DNA of 64,000 bases, taken from NCBI GenBank assembly GCA_050951545.1, contig JBMNJG010000007.1, positions 192,001-256,000 of the forward strand. The letters run 5' to 3'. How positions within the stretch are numbered: position 1 is the first letter of the stretch; each line of letters begins with the position of its first letter. This document shows positions 54,053 to 64,000 of the stretch, one piece after another. The notes beneath the pieces were generated by a model, which saw only the letters and a program-made list of their open reading frames with translations, ran no database searches and was not told the origin of the DNA. A program made the position numbers and the translations under genes. Origin of the DNA: Limnochordia bacterium (GTDB lineage Bacteria > Bacillota > Limnochordia > DTU080).

Positions 54053-55084
54053 ATGTCGAAAAAACTAGGTTGGGCGATTGTGGGTTGTGGCGTTATCTCA
54101 ACTACCCATGCCAAGGCGATTGCAGCTGCTCCATCGGCTGAACTCATTGCGACCTGCGATATCATCCCCGAACGTGCACAGAAGCTGGCCAGCGAGTACG
54201 GCGCCCCCCATTGGTATGAGGACTTTAACGAAATGCTCAAGCGTGACGACATTGATGTAGTCTCCGTCTGTACCCCCAGTGGGTTGCACGGTGTGGTGGC
54301 GGAGGCAGCGGCCAGGGCGAAGAAGCATGTGTTTACGGAGAAGCCCATTGAGATCACTAGACCGGCGATCGATCGTATGATCCAGGTTTGCCATGACGAA
54401 GGGATCAAGCTCGGCTGCGTATTCCAGATGCGTACCTACGCCAACAACATAGCGGTGCGTAATGTCGTACAAGAGGGCAAGCTGGGCAAGATGGTTTTGG
54501 CCGATGCTTACATGAAGTACTATCGCAGCCCTGAGTACTACAAGAGCGCTGGCTGGCGTGGCACTTGGGAGTTGGATGGCGGTGGCGCTCTGATGAACCA
54601 GGGCGTACATGGCATTGACCTTCTGCTGTGGATGGCAGGTGACGTGGAGAGTGTGGTCGCTCAGACAGACCATTTGGTGCGTGACATCGAGGTCGAGGAT
54701 ACCGCAGTAGCCATTCTGAAATTCAAGAACGGCGCCTTCGGTGTCATTGAGGGCACCACATCTGTTACGCCTGGCCAGGGTGCTCGGTTTGAGCTACACG
54801 GTAATGACGGCACCGTGATCCTGCGAGACGGCAAGATCGGTGCCTGGCACGTGCCCGATGTGCCACAGCCGGGTACAGGCGAAGAGGCAGAGGGTGGCAA
54901 GGCGCATTCGGACCCCAAAGCCATCACTGCCACTGGCCATGTCTTCTTGGTTGAAGACATGTGCCAAGCTATCTTCGAGGACCGTGACCCGCACATCACG
55001 GGAGAATCGGCTCGCAAGGCAGTGGATCTGATTCTGGCTATTTACGAGTCATCGCGGACCAACAAGCGGGTTTATCTGGACTAG
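54053..55084 (+). CDS. Gfo/Idh/MocA family oxidoreductase
   Basis: IVGCGVI, CTPSGLH, EKP, WRGTWELDGGGALMNQGVHGID. Confidence 0.93.
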   Translation: MSKKLGWAIVGCGVISTTHAKAIAAAPSAELIATCDIIPERAQKLASEYGAPHWYEDFNEMLKRDDIDVVSVCTPSGLHGVVAEAAARAKKHVFTEKPIEITRPAIDRMIQVCHDEGIKLGCVFQMRTYANNIAVRNVVQEGKLGKMVLADAYMKYYRSPEYYKSAGWRGTWELDGGGALMNQGVHGIDLLLWMAGDVESVVAQTDHLVRDIEVEDTAVAILKFKNGAFGVIEGTTSVTPGQGARFELHGNDGTVILRDGKIGAWHVPDVPQPGTGEEAEGGKAHSDPKAITATGHVFLVEDMCQAIFEDRDPHITGESARKAVDLILAIYESSRTNKRVYLD

Positions 55085-55169
55085 CCTGATTGGTGGGTGC
55101 GGGCTCACTGCGTGGGGGCCTAGTGCTGTGTGGGGCCCCCACATTGGTTTCATGTGGGAGGCAGCTGTA

Positions 55170-58100
55170 ATGCAGGTTACCAAGAGTCTGGTTGTTGCCG
55201 CAGCGTTGGCCGTGTGCTTTTTGCTGCCTATCGCCAAAGCAACAGCGAAAGAAACGACAGCGAAGGTCACTGTCGTACCTAAGATAGGTGTAATGACCTC
55301 AGCCGAGGACATTGAGAGGGCGCGCCAGATGGCCCTGACCAAATCGTGGGCAAAGAATGAAGCAGAGAAGATCATCCGTGAGGCCTCTCACTGGGTAGAT
55401 CTCCCTGACAGTTGGTATCATGAGATGATGCCGCCGCAGGGTTCCGTCTTTGCCTATGGACAGACTGGGTGTCCCATCGATAACACGGCGTGGCCGAACT
55501 TCGGATCGGGAGGCGTCGCCGATTTCTCTCGGCCACTGGTGCTACAGTGTCCCAATGGCCATTTGATAGATATCGACGATCCCACGTCACCGTACTACGA
55601 TCCCGGGCCGGGCATCGCTATCGATGGTGTGAGGTACTACTTGCGCGGGATATGGAATGCCTACGTGACAAATCAGTTGGCGGGGTGGGGAAGCGACAGC
55701 GGCGCTGTCCAAATGCTGGCCTATGCCTACGCCCTCACTGGTGATACACGCTACGCGCACAAGGCCATGGTGATCATGGATGCCCTGGCCACTCTGAGCC
55801 CTACCACCATCGGACCTCGGGACTTTGTGAGCAGCGAAACACAGGTGCAGGGGCGTCTACACTGGCTGACCAGCATTGTCTACCGATCTCGCATCCATCT
55901 TGTCAATGCCTATGACATCGTGTACCACGGGGTGGCAGCAGACGAGCCATCGCCGACATTCTCAGGGCGCAGCTTGCGAGAGAATATCGAGCAGGGTTTG
56001 TTCATGGACTATGTCTTTGATCACTACGACATGCGCAACGGCCGTCTCGCGTCGCTGCACAACCATGAGGCTGACAGCGTACGCGGAATGCTGGCGGTGG
56101 GGATGCTTCTCGGTATCCCTGAGTACATTACCTGGGGTATCGATGCCATCGCAAAATTCCTCGACAACACGATCGATCGGGATGGCCTTTACTACGAGAC
56201 GTCGCTAAGCTACTCTACGTTCTCGCAGGGCGTCTTTCTCAACATGGCCGAGCTCGCTTACAACTACTCACCTGACAACTACAAGGGTTCGGGTTTTCCC
56301 GCCAAGAGCGATTTTCCCTATGAAGCGAACTTCTATGACCATCCCAAGCTGCAGAGGTTTCTCATAGGCTATCGCGAGCGCGTGGACGCAGCGGGTTTTC
56401 GGCCTGCCATCGGTAACGCCTCACCCAATCTCAAGCGGCAGTATGTGACCTCTCGGTCATTAGAGCCTGCGGCGCGTCTGGCCTTGGAGCACTTCGTTGT
56501 GCGCTGTAGCGATTCGCAGCTGAGAACTCAGTTTGCTGAGATGCTACGGGCCGACAGTGCAGGCGACACCGATCGGAAACGCTCCGGACGCTGGCTCTTA
56601 TTCCATGCAGAGGAGCTTCCCGAGGCTACCGCTACAGCATCTGATGTAAGTGTGGAGGGTACTGAATCGGCGTTGCTTGGCGGCACTGGGATGGGCTATT
56701 TGCGTTCGGGTGAGCCGCCCAACTTGCGCGCGGCTCTCATGCGAGGGGGCAGCACGCTACCCCACGGACATGACGATGTGCTAGGGCTCTTGCTGTACGC
56801 CAGGGGCTGGGATTTCAACACGGAGGTGGGCTACGGCATCTTCGGTACGCCGTTGCACTTGGGATGGGGTTCCACGGGTATCGCTCACAATCTCGTGGTA
56901 GTAAACAAGGGGCTCCGGCGCAATGACGGTAAGTTTCAGGTTGGCCCCGGAGGCGACACTTTGGCTTTTGCCAAAGGTCAGGGCTTCTCTGGCATGGAGA
57001 TGGACGCGCCCCAGATGTTCGAGGCGGTGGATGGCGTGTCTCAGTATCAGCGTGGGGTGTGGCAGATAGATGTCGATGAGTACGACAGCTACTGGGTTGA
57101 CGTCTTTCGCGTTAAGGGCGGTTATTCGCATGATTACTCTTTTCATGCGGGCACAACCCTGCTTAACTTTGAGGGCGTGCAGCCGGAGTCGATCCCGGAG
57201 GTCTGGACCCTTCACGGATTAGATGATCCTCACGCGTCGTTTGATGAGCCCACGAAGAGCTGGGGCGAACGCATCACCCCCGGAGAGAATATCAAGGATC
57301 TTGGAGTCCCCAGTGAAGGCGTGAGGCCCGGAAGAGGTTGGACACCAATCCCAGGCAATGGATACGGGTTCATCCACAACCTCAAAGGCGGAGAGCCCAC
57401 TGGTGCCTGGAGCGCCACCTGGAGTATGGTCGATATGTCGATCACGAGGCTGCGTCTGACCATGCTACCCCAGGGCGGTGCCCAGCAGGTCTATAGGGGA
57501 GTCGGCCCCGATCTGTCAGGCAAGAGCAAGTACGCTTGGGCGGTGGCTCGTCGAGAAGCTGAGGCGCCGCTGGAAAGCCGTTTCGTATCGGTGATACAAG
57601 CCTATGGCGTCAGGCCTACGGTGAGTGAGATCATTGAGTTGACGCACAGGAAAGGGCACAGCCAGAGTGCGGCCTTGCGGCTTGAGTTGCGCACTGAAGG
57701 CCGTGTGGATTATGTGCTAAGCAACCCGGAGCCAGAGCTGCAGCTGGTGGCCACTGATGGCGACCACGAACTGGCCACAGATGCCATGTTCGCCTTGGTG
57801 CGGGTGATGGGTGACGAGCTCATTGGTTTGCACATGGTGGGTGGTACCTACTTACGCTACGGGCCCTGGCAGGTGCAAGCTGAGAAGGTCCGCCACGATG
57901 GAGTGATTGAGCAAGTCGATTACGACGCTCGTCGGCTACTGACTCGGACACCCTTGCCTTCGCAGGTACTGAATGGCGCTACCGTGGTCATCACCAACCC
58001 GGCCTACAGTCGGAACACGGCGTACAAAGTGGCTGGTGTAAGCGAGCTTGGCGACGGGCTCTACGCCATTGAGCTCGGACAGGCAGCACTGGAGTTGGGT

Positions 58101-58436
58101 CGTACCGAGATTGAGAGAGTCTCTGGCGATGGTCAGCTTGCACTTAAGGCGCCGCTACCTACTGCGTTTGAGTACAACACTGACACCCGTGCCCTGCATG
58201 GCAAACAGGTGGCCAATGGCCGTACGCGTACGTCTGGTGTCGTGCAAGCAAATCCTTCGATGAAGAGTCTGCGGTTGGTTGAGCCCGTAGCTGGTTGGGA
58301 GGCAGGTGATCCCCTGGTCATTCTGGATGTGAGTACAGGGGATACCTTTGAGATACTGACCCAGGTCGACGCCGAGCACAGAGGCGACGTTTGGGAGATC
58401 GCGGCCACGGTTGAGGCTGCAGTAGAGGGACTCTAG
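55170..58436 (+). CDS. Large secreted heparinase II/III-family (polysaccharide lyase-like) protein
   Basis: Signal peptide; AYAYALTGD...YA, NHE, DGLYYETSLSY, HGHDD, AHNLVVVN. Confidence 0.75.
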   Translation: MQVTKSLVVAAALAVCFLLPIAKATAKETTAKVTVVPKIGVMTSAEDIERARQMALTKSWAKNEAEKIIREASHWVDLPDSWYHEMMPPQGSVFAYGQTGCPIDNTAWPNFGSGGVADFSRPLVLQCPNGHLIDIDDPTSPYYDPGPGIAIDGVRYYLRGIWNAYVTNQLAGWGSDSGAVQMLAYAYALTGDTRYAHKAMVIMDALATLSPTTIGPRDFVSSETQVQGRLHWLTSIVYRSRIHLVNAYDIVYHGVAADEPSPTFSGRSLRENIEQGLFMDYVFDHYDMRNGRLASLHNHEADSVRGMLAVGMLLGIPEYITWGIDAIAKFLDNTIDRDGLYYETSLSYSTFSQGVFLNMAELAYNYSPDNYKGSGFPAKSDFPYEANFYDHPKLQRFLIGYRERVDAAGFRPAIGNASPNLKRQYVTSRSLEPAARLALEHFVVRCSDSQLRTQFAEMLRADSAGDTDRKRSGRWLLFHAEELPEATATASDVSVEGTESALLGGTGMGYLRSGEPPNLRAALMRGGSTLPHGHDDVLGLLLYARGWDFNTEVGYGIFGTPLHLGWGSTGIAHNLVVVNKGLRRNDGKFQVGPGGDTLAFAKGQGFSGMEMDAPQMFEAVDGVSQYQRGVWQIDVDEYDSYWVDVFRVKGGYSHDYSFHAGTTLLNFEGVQPESIPEVWTLHGLDDPHASFDEPTKSWGERITPGENIKDLGVPSEGVRPGRGWTPIPGNGYGFIHNLKGGEPTGAWSATWSMVDMSITRLRLTMLPQGGAQQVYRGVGPDLSGKSKYAWAVARREAEAPLESRFVSVIQAYGVRPTVSEIIELTHRKGHSQSAALRLELRTEGRVDYVLSNPEPELQLVATDGDHELATDAMFALVRVMGDELIGLHMVGGTYLRYGPWQVQAEKVRHDGVIEQVDYDARRLLTRTPLPSQVLNGATVVITNPAYSRNTAYKVAGVSELGDGLYAIELGQAALELGRTEIERVSGDGQLALKAPLPTAFEYNTDTRALHGKQVANGRTRTSGVVQANPSMKSLRLVEPVAGWEAGDPLVILDVSTGDTFEILTQVDAEHRGDVWEIAATVEAAVEGL

Positions 58437-58452
58437 AGCCATCCCAGCGCGT

Positions 58453-58491
58453 ACGTGAAGAGGGGACCCCAAGCGGGTCCCTTCTTCACGT
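58453..58491. terminator. Bidirectional terminator hairpin
   Basis: ACGTGAAGAGGGGACCC...GGGTCCCTTCTTCACGT between convergent genes. Confidence 0.65.
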
Positions 58492-58513
58492 TTCGTGCTT
58501 GGTGCACAGCGTC

Positions 58514-61042
58514 TCACCTATGGCCGAGACAGCGGAGAATGTGCTGCACCATCTGGTGGCGGATGTCATACAGATCGCCTCGCGGGTCGAGGGTGTCGAC
58601 AAACTTCTGCGCATCTGCTCGCACCTGTGGTTTTGTGCACATGTCAATGGCTTCTAGTAGCGTGGCCATGTAGCGTACATCGTCACGGGCTTCCCGGTAC
58701 CCTGCGAATTGCACAGTACTGACGACGCCGTCGATTGTGGGGTAGGCAAAGTTGTGGTCGCGGTATGAAGTACTGTCGAAATCGTTCCAGACGTGGCCAA
58801 AGCCGTGTTGGTAGGCATAGTTCATTGCACCGTCGAAGCCAGCCTGCCACAGCACCAGGCCGTAGTTGCGCCGGTAGGTCTCTGGCTCTTCGGGCCCCAC
58901 TTGGGGAAAGGCGTAGGCCAAGACGCGGCTACCCACAGAGTGGAACTTCTTCGCTTCTTCGGGGTCGGGTTTGCCCGCCAAAACGGCGATGTTTAGCAGG
59001 CTGCCCATAGCTTCAAAGAGGCCCTTGTAACCAGCGACGAAAGTACCAGCGCCAGTGTCTTGCACTGCCTTCCAAGCCGCTTGCTGAGCGTTCAGCCGCT
59101 CTCCAATTGCTTCGTCTATCCCGTAGACATACAGCTCTTCGTACCCATGCTGACGAGCCAGAGTCAGCCACTGCTTCACTTGGTAGCTAAGGATGGCTAG
59201 GCTGTACTTGTCTGAGGGGCTACCAGTGCTCAGCCCCAGTGTGAAGAGAATGTCATCGGATATACCTGCCTGTTTACGCAGGGTGAGTGCCCGGGGGAGG
59301 AGTGTTTCGTCCCATCCCTGGTAGATTGTTGGGTGTAGTACGCCATGCTCCGCCAGGTTACGCATCTCGGCCAGGTACTGCTGCTGTGAGCGCTGTTCGG
59401 AGGTGATGGTGGGCTGATCGTCCCAAGTGAGCCTGCCACGGTAATACAGCGAATAGATCAGCGGTGAAGGGGCGAGATCAAACGGGTGGATGTGTACGGA
59501 CAGGGGCAGGTGCATGGGCTCAGAGCCTTCTGCTGTGATGGTGAGCTCTCCTGAGTACGTCCCTGCTGGCAGATCGTCAGGGATTTCTACGGTGATCCAG
59601 TATTGCTGGCTGCGTAGAGCAGGGAGGCTTATGGGCTGAAGGGTCTTGGCATCAATGGGCCGGACCTTCATCAGTTCGGTACTGGTCGTGCCCGAGGCGA
59701 GAATGTATCGCTCGCTGCCGTCTTCAGCAGTGCTGCGCAGGTAGTTTGCTTCTGCCTGTTCATCCACCTGTACAAGCGCATCATCGTTAAGCAGAAGCTC
59801 TGGGGTCAGCTGTTTGTTGTGTAGATCGGAGATCGAACGGCCTGCTTGGTACCAGACTTTGACGAGTTTCACGTCTATGTCGTTGGGCTTAATGCGTCCT
59901 CCGGGGCCATGCAGATCGCTTGCCGTGATAAGCAGATTCCTTACAGGCTCGAGTGGGTAGATGACGACACTAGCCGTCTCGTATTCACCGCGGCAACCCG
60001 AGACCTGAATCTCCTCAGCCAGCGCCCCTACGAGAGACAGCTTTGTCGGGAGGATACGGGTGTTGGAGATGGCGGGAACTTCATAGACCATCATGTTTCG
60101 CCCTTCTTGGAGGGCTTTGGCCATATGGGCAAACAGCATCGGGGCACCCTCCGCGGTGGCCAGCTGGTCGATGAACTGCTGAATCTCGTCCGCACGTGCG
60201 TACCCAATGCCAGCAAAGGTTCTCAGCGTAGTGAAAGCAGCATCAACGGTAGCCTCGATCTCCTCTGCTTTGGATCGCAGAGCCGTTGAAAGGGTGGGCA
60301 GCACTTTCCTCAAATCTTGTTCTGCAGTAGTCAGGCGTTCTTCCCAGCTAGAAAGGCGATGCCGCCAGTTTTCTTGGAAGAGTCGCCAGCGTGCCATATA
60401 CTCCTCATGGTAGTCCGAGTCGTTGGGAGCCTGACCCTCTATACGTATGTCATCGACGTAGATGACCGCTCGGTCTCCGGGTTTGCCAGTGATGAATATG
60501 CCCCAGCGATCTACGTAAACGCCAGCATCGTCCTTGGTGGCACCGTCAACCCATGTGGCCATGACCGAGTTTGCGCTCTGCTGGGCGCGCTCGGCCAAAG
60601 CGGCACTGAACTGCTTCCATGTGCCGTTGGTTGTGGTGTTCTTGTCAAAGGGGGAGCAGCCAGAGTGACGGGTAGGTGGGAAGATATAGTTCGCTCCCAA
60701 ACCAACGCTTGCGGTGTTACCTGGGCCCAGCTTCATTTGTCCTGTGAACGTCAGTTCTCCGGAGGCCGGGATCCTTATGGGCACACTGAAGTAGGCATAA
60801 GATCCCGAGGTCAGGGTGATGTCGAGTTTGAAAGCCTGCTTGCCTTCGAAGGCCTCCTCGTCGACAATGCCTTTGAAGTTGATGGTGTAAGTTCCGTTTG
60901 TTGCCCAACTGCGTACCATGTCCTGATCGGACTCGAAACTCTCGTGGTAGACGAATGGAGCCAGCCCCAGCTCTTGCGCCCAAGCGGCCTGCAGCGCAAC
61001 AAGTAGTAGGCACAAGGTGAGGGCTAGCTGAATCACGCGCAT
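58514..61042 (-). CDS. Secreted putative glycoside hydrolase (GH123/DUF4091-like) with N-terminal CBM-like domain
   Basis: Signal peptide (AWA), RGEYE, YWITVEIP...AGTYSG, YGIDE, YREARDDVRY. Confidence 0.65.
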   Translation of the reverse strand: MRVIQLALTLCLLLVALQAAWAQELGLAPFVYHESFESDQDMVRSWATNGTYTINFKGIVDEEAFEGKQAFKLDITLTSGSYAYFSVPIRIPASGELTFTGQMKLGPGNTASVGLGANYIFPPTRHSGCSPFDKNTTTNGTWKQFSAALAERAQQSANSVMATWVDGATKDDAGVYVDRWGIFITGKPGDRAVIYVDDIRIEGQAPNDSDYHEEYMARWRLFQENWRHRLSSWEERLTTAEQDLRKVLPTLSTALRSKAEEIEATVDAAFTTLRTFAGIGYARADEIQQFIDQLATAEGAPMLFAHMAKALQEGRNMMVYEVPAISNTRILPTKLSLVGALAEEIQVSGCRGEYETASVVIYPLEPVRNLLITASDLHGPGGRIKPNDIDVKLVKVWYQAGRSISDLHNKQLTPELLLNDDALVQVDEQAEANYLRSTAEDGSERYILASGTTSTELMKVRPIDAKTLQPISLPALRSQQYWITVEIPDDLPAGTYSGELTITAEGSEPMHLPLSVHIHPFDLAPSPLIYSLYYRGRLTWDDQPTITSEQRSQQQYLAEMRNLAEHGVLHPTIYQGWDETLLPRALTLRKQAGISDDILFTLGLSTGSPSDKYSLAILSYQVKQWLTLARQHGYEELYVYGIDEAIGERLNAQQAAWKAVQDTGAGTFVAGYKGLFEAMGSLLNIAVLAGKPDPEEAKKFHSVGSRVLAYAFPQVGPEEPETYRRNYGLVLWQAGFDGAMNYAYQHGFGHVWNDFDSTSYRDHNFAYPTIDGVVSTVQFAGYREARDDVRYMATLLEAIDMCTKPQVRADAQKFVDTLDPRGDLYDIRHQMVQHILRCLGHR

Positions 61043-61273
61043 GGTCATCAGTCCTTTCGTCAGTTGGCAGAATGCGGCGAACATGCCTTGCTGGTGGTCC
61101 ACACTTTTGGACTCCCAATTGGTGTTCTTGACAAGCTGGTTACATCCCTCTGGAAAGTAAGAAGGGATAAAGATAGTTCTACGCAATAACGTAGAACGGC
61201 ACCGGATTTCCGGAGATAGCTACCAAGATCAACTGCGCTCTCAGCAAACCCGAAGGGAAAGGTGATCACTAGA

Positions 61274-63331
61274 ATGGCCAGTCGTTCGCCATTGCTTGGC
61301 CCACACGCTCGTCCTAACGTGCTGTCAGCGCACAGCCGGGGAACTGTGCTCGAGGATGTATGGCCCCCTCTTTTCTGGGGGCCGGAGCGTCTGGAAGAGA
61401 TCAAGCGCAAGACGGTTGAAGTAGGTTGGGCAAGAGAATGCTATGAAACACTCTTAGACGAAGCAGGGCCCATACTTGGTGATGAACCACAGCTGCCCAT
61501 TGAACCGATCGGCTGGCGTCATAGCTTCTACTCGCCGCTGTCTGGTGAGCACCTCGTCTTTGATCCTGGTGAGAGTAGACGTTTCGTAGATCCATCGAAC
61601 CAACAGGTCTGGGAAGGTGTTGAGTATCGCCGGGCATGGGCACTGTTTGTGCATGAGCGTACCTATCGTCTGATGCGCAGCATGGCTTTGCTGTACCGCC
61701 TGAATGGAGATGAGCGCTATGCCAAGTGGGCCGTCGCCGGATTGGAAAAGGCGATCACCATGTTTTCGCACTCAGAGCTTCGTGAGGGCAACAGCTCTGA
61801 AGCCTTGTACTATCAGCCCCTTTACGATGCACAAGTGCTAGCTCTGATCGCCAACACCTGCGCGCTCTTGAAGGGAACGAGGCCCTATTCGCCTGCTCTT
61901 CATCAACGCGTGGTCAGAGGTATTTTCGAGGACGCCATGCCTTATCAGATGCGCTTCATGGAGAGTCGCGGCGCACACAACATGACGTGTTATGTCGATG
62001 CAGCACTGATGTTTGCTGGTCTGTTCGCAGAGCGGCACGACTGGGTGGATCTGGCCTTGCATCATCCCACGGGTGGCTTTATGGCCATGATACAAAACGG
62101 CCTGGCTCAAGACGAAGACGGAGACATCGACGGTTTCTGGCGGGAGGGGACTCAGTTTTACCATTTCTACTCCCTGTGTCCTCTTCTGTCGGTCTACGCG
62201 CTATGGAAGGCAAGCGGACTGCCACTGCCTGCGGAGCGGGCGCAGCTTGAGCATCGCTTGCTACGCATGCTCTTGGCGCCTGTCGAGATGTGCGATGAGC
62301 ACCTGCGTCTGCCAGTCTTTGGCGATCTGGGAGCGCCCCGGCGCACCAAGCTTATGCTCTATCGGCATGTGTATGAGATGGGCACCGGCGTGCTGGATGA
62401 GACGAGGCTCAAGCCCGTTCTGGCTGCTATATACTCTACGGGCCTGTCGCGAGGCAATCTCACAGCGCTGGCTTGCGGTCCCGACGTTTTGGACGTCGAA
62501 CCGTACCGACCGAAGAGCGTGCTGCTATCCGCTACAGGTGTGGCGTTCATCAGGGAGAAGTCGTTTCACGCTTACCTCAAAGCAGGCCCGTCCCTGGGAG
62601 GTCACGACCACTGCGATAAGCTCTCCTTCGGGTTGAGTGCCCATGGTCAACTGATGCTGGCCGATCTGGGTACTGCTGGTTACGCAGTCCGGGACTATCG
62701 GGCTTACTGCCGCAGCAGTTTGGCTCACAGTACAGTGCTAGTTGACGATCAGGAGACACAGAAGGTTGCTCAGGCTCATCTGGAGATGTCTGCCGCGGGG
62801 TGTTGGGCGCAGGCGACAATTACGGGACCGGACAGCATTTCCCTCACCCGGCGCGTAGCCTTGCGCACCCCGCTTCTGCAAGTGGATGATGAGTACACAG
62901 CCTCGGCACCTCACCTATTCACCTGCGTGGTTCATCCGTATGGCCCCGCCACGGTACTATGCGGCGGTGAACCTGCCGATGTGGTCCTTCCGGCACTGCC
63001 GCGGACTGGAGCTTTCGGGTTCCTGATGTATCCACAGAGACGCACAAGCAGTAAACCGATCTGTTTGGAGTGGCAGGCGGGCGAGGAACTGTGGCTCCGA
63101 GGATGGATATGGGCAGATGTTCCTTTTGAGTATGTGCTCGGGCAGACCCCTGGGCATCCTCGGTATGATTTCAGAAACACGTTACTTATCCGGCTGCAAG
63201 GGGCTCAGGTCAAGGTGCATATGGTCCTAGAAATTCATACGGGCCAGGCTACTGTACTCTCATGCCCCAAAAACGCCAGTCCTTCAGCCCAAGCCAAGCA
63301 AGGAGCCCACCTGGTAGACGCCAACGGCTAA
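61274..63331 (+). CDS. Cytoplasmic heparinase II/III / oligo-alginate lyase-like protein
   Basis: LLYRLNGDERYA, HN, DGFWREG...YHFY, GHDHCDKLS, DLGT, AHSTVLVD. Confidence 0.75.
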   Translation: MASRSPLLGPHARPNVLSAHSRGTVLEDVWPPLFWGPERLEEIKRKTVEVGWARECYETLLDEAGPILGDEPQLPIEPIGWRHSFYSPLSGEHLVFDPGESRRFVDPSNQQVWEGVEYRRAWALFVHERTYRLMRSMALLYRLNGDERYAKWAVAGLEKAITMFSHSELREGNSSEALYYQPLYDAQVLALIANTCALLKGTRPYSPALHQRVVRGIFEDAMPYQMRFMESRGAHNMTCYVDAALMFAGLFAERHDWVDLALHHPTGGFMAMIQNGLAQDEDGDIDGFWREGTQFYHFYSLCPLLSVYALWKASGLPLPAERAQLEHRLLRMLLAPVEMCDEHLRLPVFGDLGAPRRTKLMLYRHVYEMGTGVLDETRLKPVLAAIYSTGLSRGNLTALACGPDVLDVEPYRPKSVLLSATGVAFIREKSFHAYLKAGPSLGGHDHCDKLSFGLSAHGQLMLADLGTAGYAVRDYRAYCRSSLAHSTVLVDDQETQKVAQAHLEMSAAGCWAQATITGPDSISLTRRVALRTPLLQVDDEYTASAPHLFTCVVHPYGPATVLCGGEPADVVLPALPRTGAFGFLMYPQRRTSSKPICLEWQAGEELWLRGWIWADVPFEYVLGQTPGHPRYDFRNTLLIRLQGAQVKVHMVLEIHTGQATVLSCPKNASPSAQAKQGAHLVDANG

Positions 63332-64000
63332 GCTCCATCCGAGGAGGAGTGGGTAGGCAACAGCCAACGCTGTCCAAGCTCGCGAGCCAGTCTCTTGTCG
63401 GATGGCAGCGATGGTAGCCACACACGGGACGTAAATCAGGGTCATCACTAAGAAGGCGTAGGCCGCCAAGGGCGTCCAATGAGCTTGGATGGCACTTGTG
63501 AGAGTAGCGTGACCTGCACCGTACAGCACGCCGAGAGTGCCGACTACCATCTCTTTGGCCACGATCCCGAAAAGAAGAGCTGTGGCAGCTTGCCAGGTAC
63601 CAAATCCCGCTGGTTTGAGCAGAGGGGCGATGAGGCGACCGATGCGGGCGAGGAGGGAGTTAGGACTTCCGGGAGCGGTTCCGAGTGGCAGATTAGACAT
63701 CGCCCACACCGCGACAACTCCTAGTAGAATGATGGTGCCTGCCTTATGTAGAAACTCTCTGCCTCTTTCCCAGGTTTGCAGAAGGACCACTGACATCTTG
63801 GGCATCCGGTAGGGTGGCAACTCCATGACAAAAGCAGACGAACCGTCTGGCCTTAGGATGAAGCTGAGAGCCTTCGATACGGCCATAGCCAACACTACAC
63901 CCAAAGCGTACAGTGAGAAGACGACGAGGCCACGCTTCTCAGCAAAGAACGCCGTGGCGAACAAGACGTACACGGGGAGACGGGCAGAGCACGACATAAG
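63284..64000 (-). CDS. feoB: Ferrous iron transporter FeoB (C-terminal part; 5' end outside the window)
   Basis: MSCSARLPVY, FVMELPPYR, KAGTII, AKEMVV, LIYVPCVAT. Confidence 0.93.
   Translation of the reverse strand, partial: LMSCSARLPVYVLFATAFFAEKRGLVVFSLYALGVVLAMAVSKALSFILRPDGSSAFVMELPPYRMPKMSVVLLQTWERGREFLHKAGTIILLGVVAVWAMSNLPLGTAPGSPNSLLARIGRLIAPLLKPAGFGTWQAATALLFGIVAKEMVVGTLGVLYGAGHATLTSAIQAHWTPLAAYAFLVMTLIYVPCVATIAAIRQETGSRAWTALAVAYPLLLGWSLAVGVYQVGSLLGLG

Noticed and set aside
63284-63331. 48-bp convergent overlap of feoB and the lyase-like gene
   Set aside because: Short 3' overlaps are common; the lyase tail looks like a non-conserved extension.

Overview
GC-rich chromosomal segment from a probably anaerobic Bacillota (Firmicutes) genome. 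It carries AddAB, PerR-rubrerythrin-desulfoferrodoxin and SigH-like promoters, and one outer-membrane-type protein hints at a diderm lineage such as Limnochordia (inference). The first ~17 kb is a large bacterial microcompartment (BMC) locus in two divergent operons. It encodes 2 BMC-H, 2 Cys-bearing PduT-like BMC-T, 3 BMC-P, PduL, PduS, two CoA-acylating aldehyde dehydrogenases, two divergent acetate-kinase-family enzymes and three class II aldolases (one FucA-type, one apparently catalytically dead, one FBP-type). It ends in an EtfB/ferredoxin-EtfA/FAD-linked LctD/GlcD-type dehydrogenase module, whose last gene is split by a 1-nt frameshift. No alcohol dehydrogenase or regulator is visible. 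This PVM-like, electron-transfer-rich metabolosome is the most interesting element. The rest holds a HEPN-MNT toxin-antitoxin pair, many sugar/uronate catabolic genes (four Gfo/Idh/MocA, three TIM-barrel epimerases, ThuA, UxaC, two heparinase II/III-like proteins, one GH123-like protein), ktrAB, an orphan VirB11-like ATPase, a three-gene acyl-CoA dehydratase activase cluster, an oxidative-stress operon, addBA and a partial feoB. No rRNA, tRNA, CRISPR array or transposase was recognised. All calls come from motif recognition by eye; no database searches were run.
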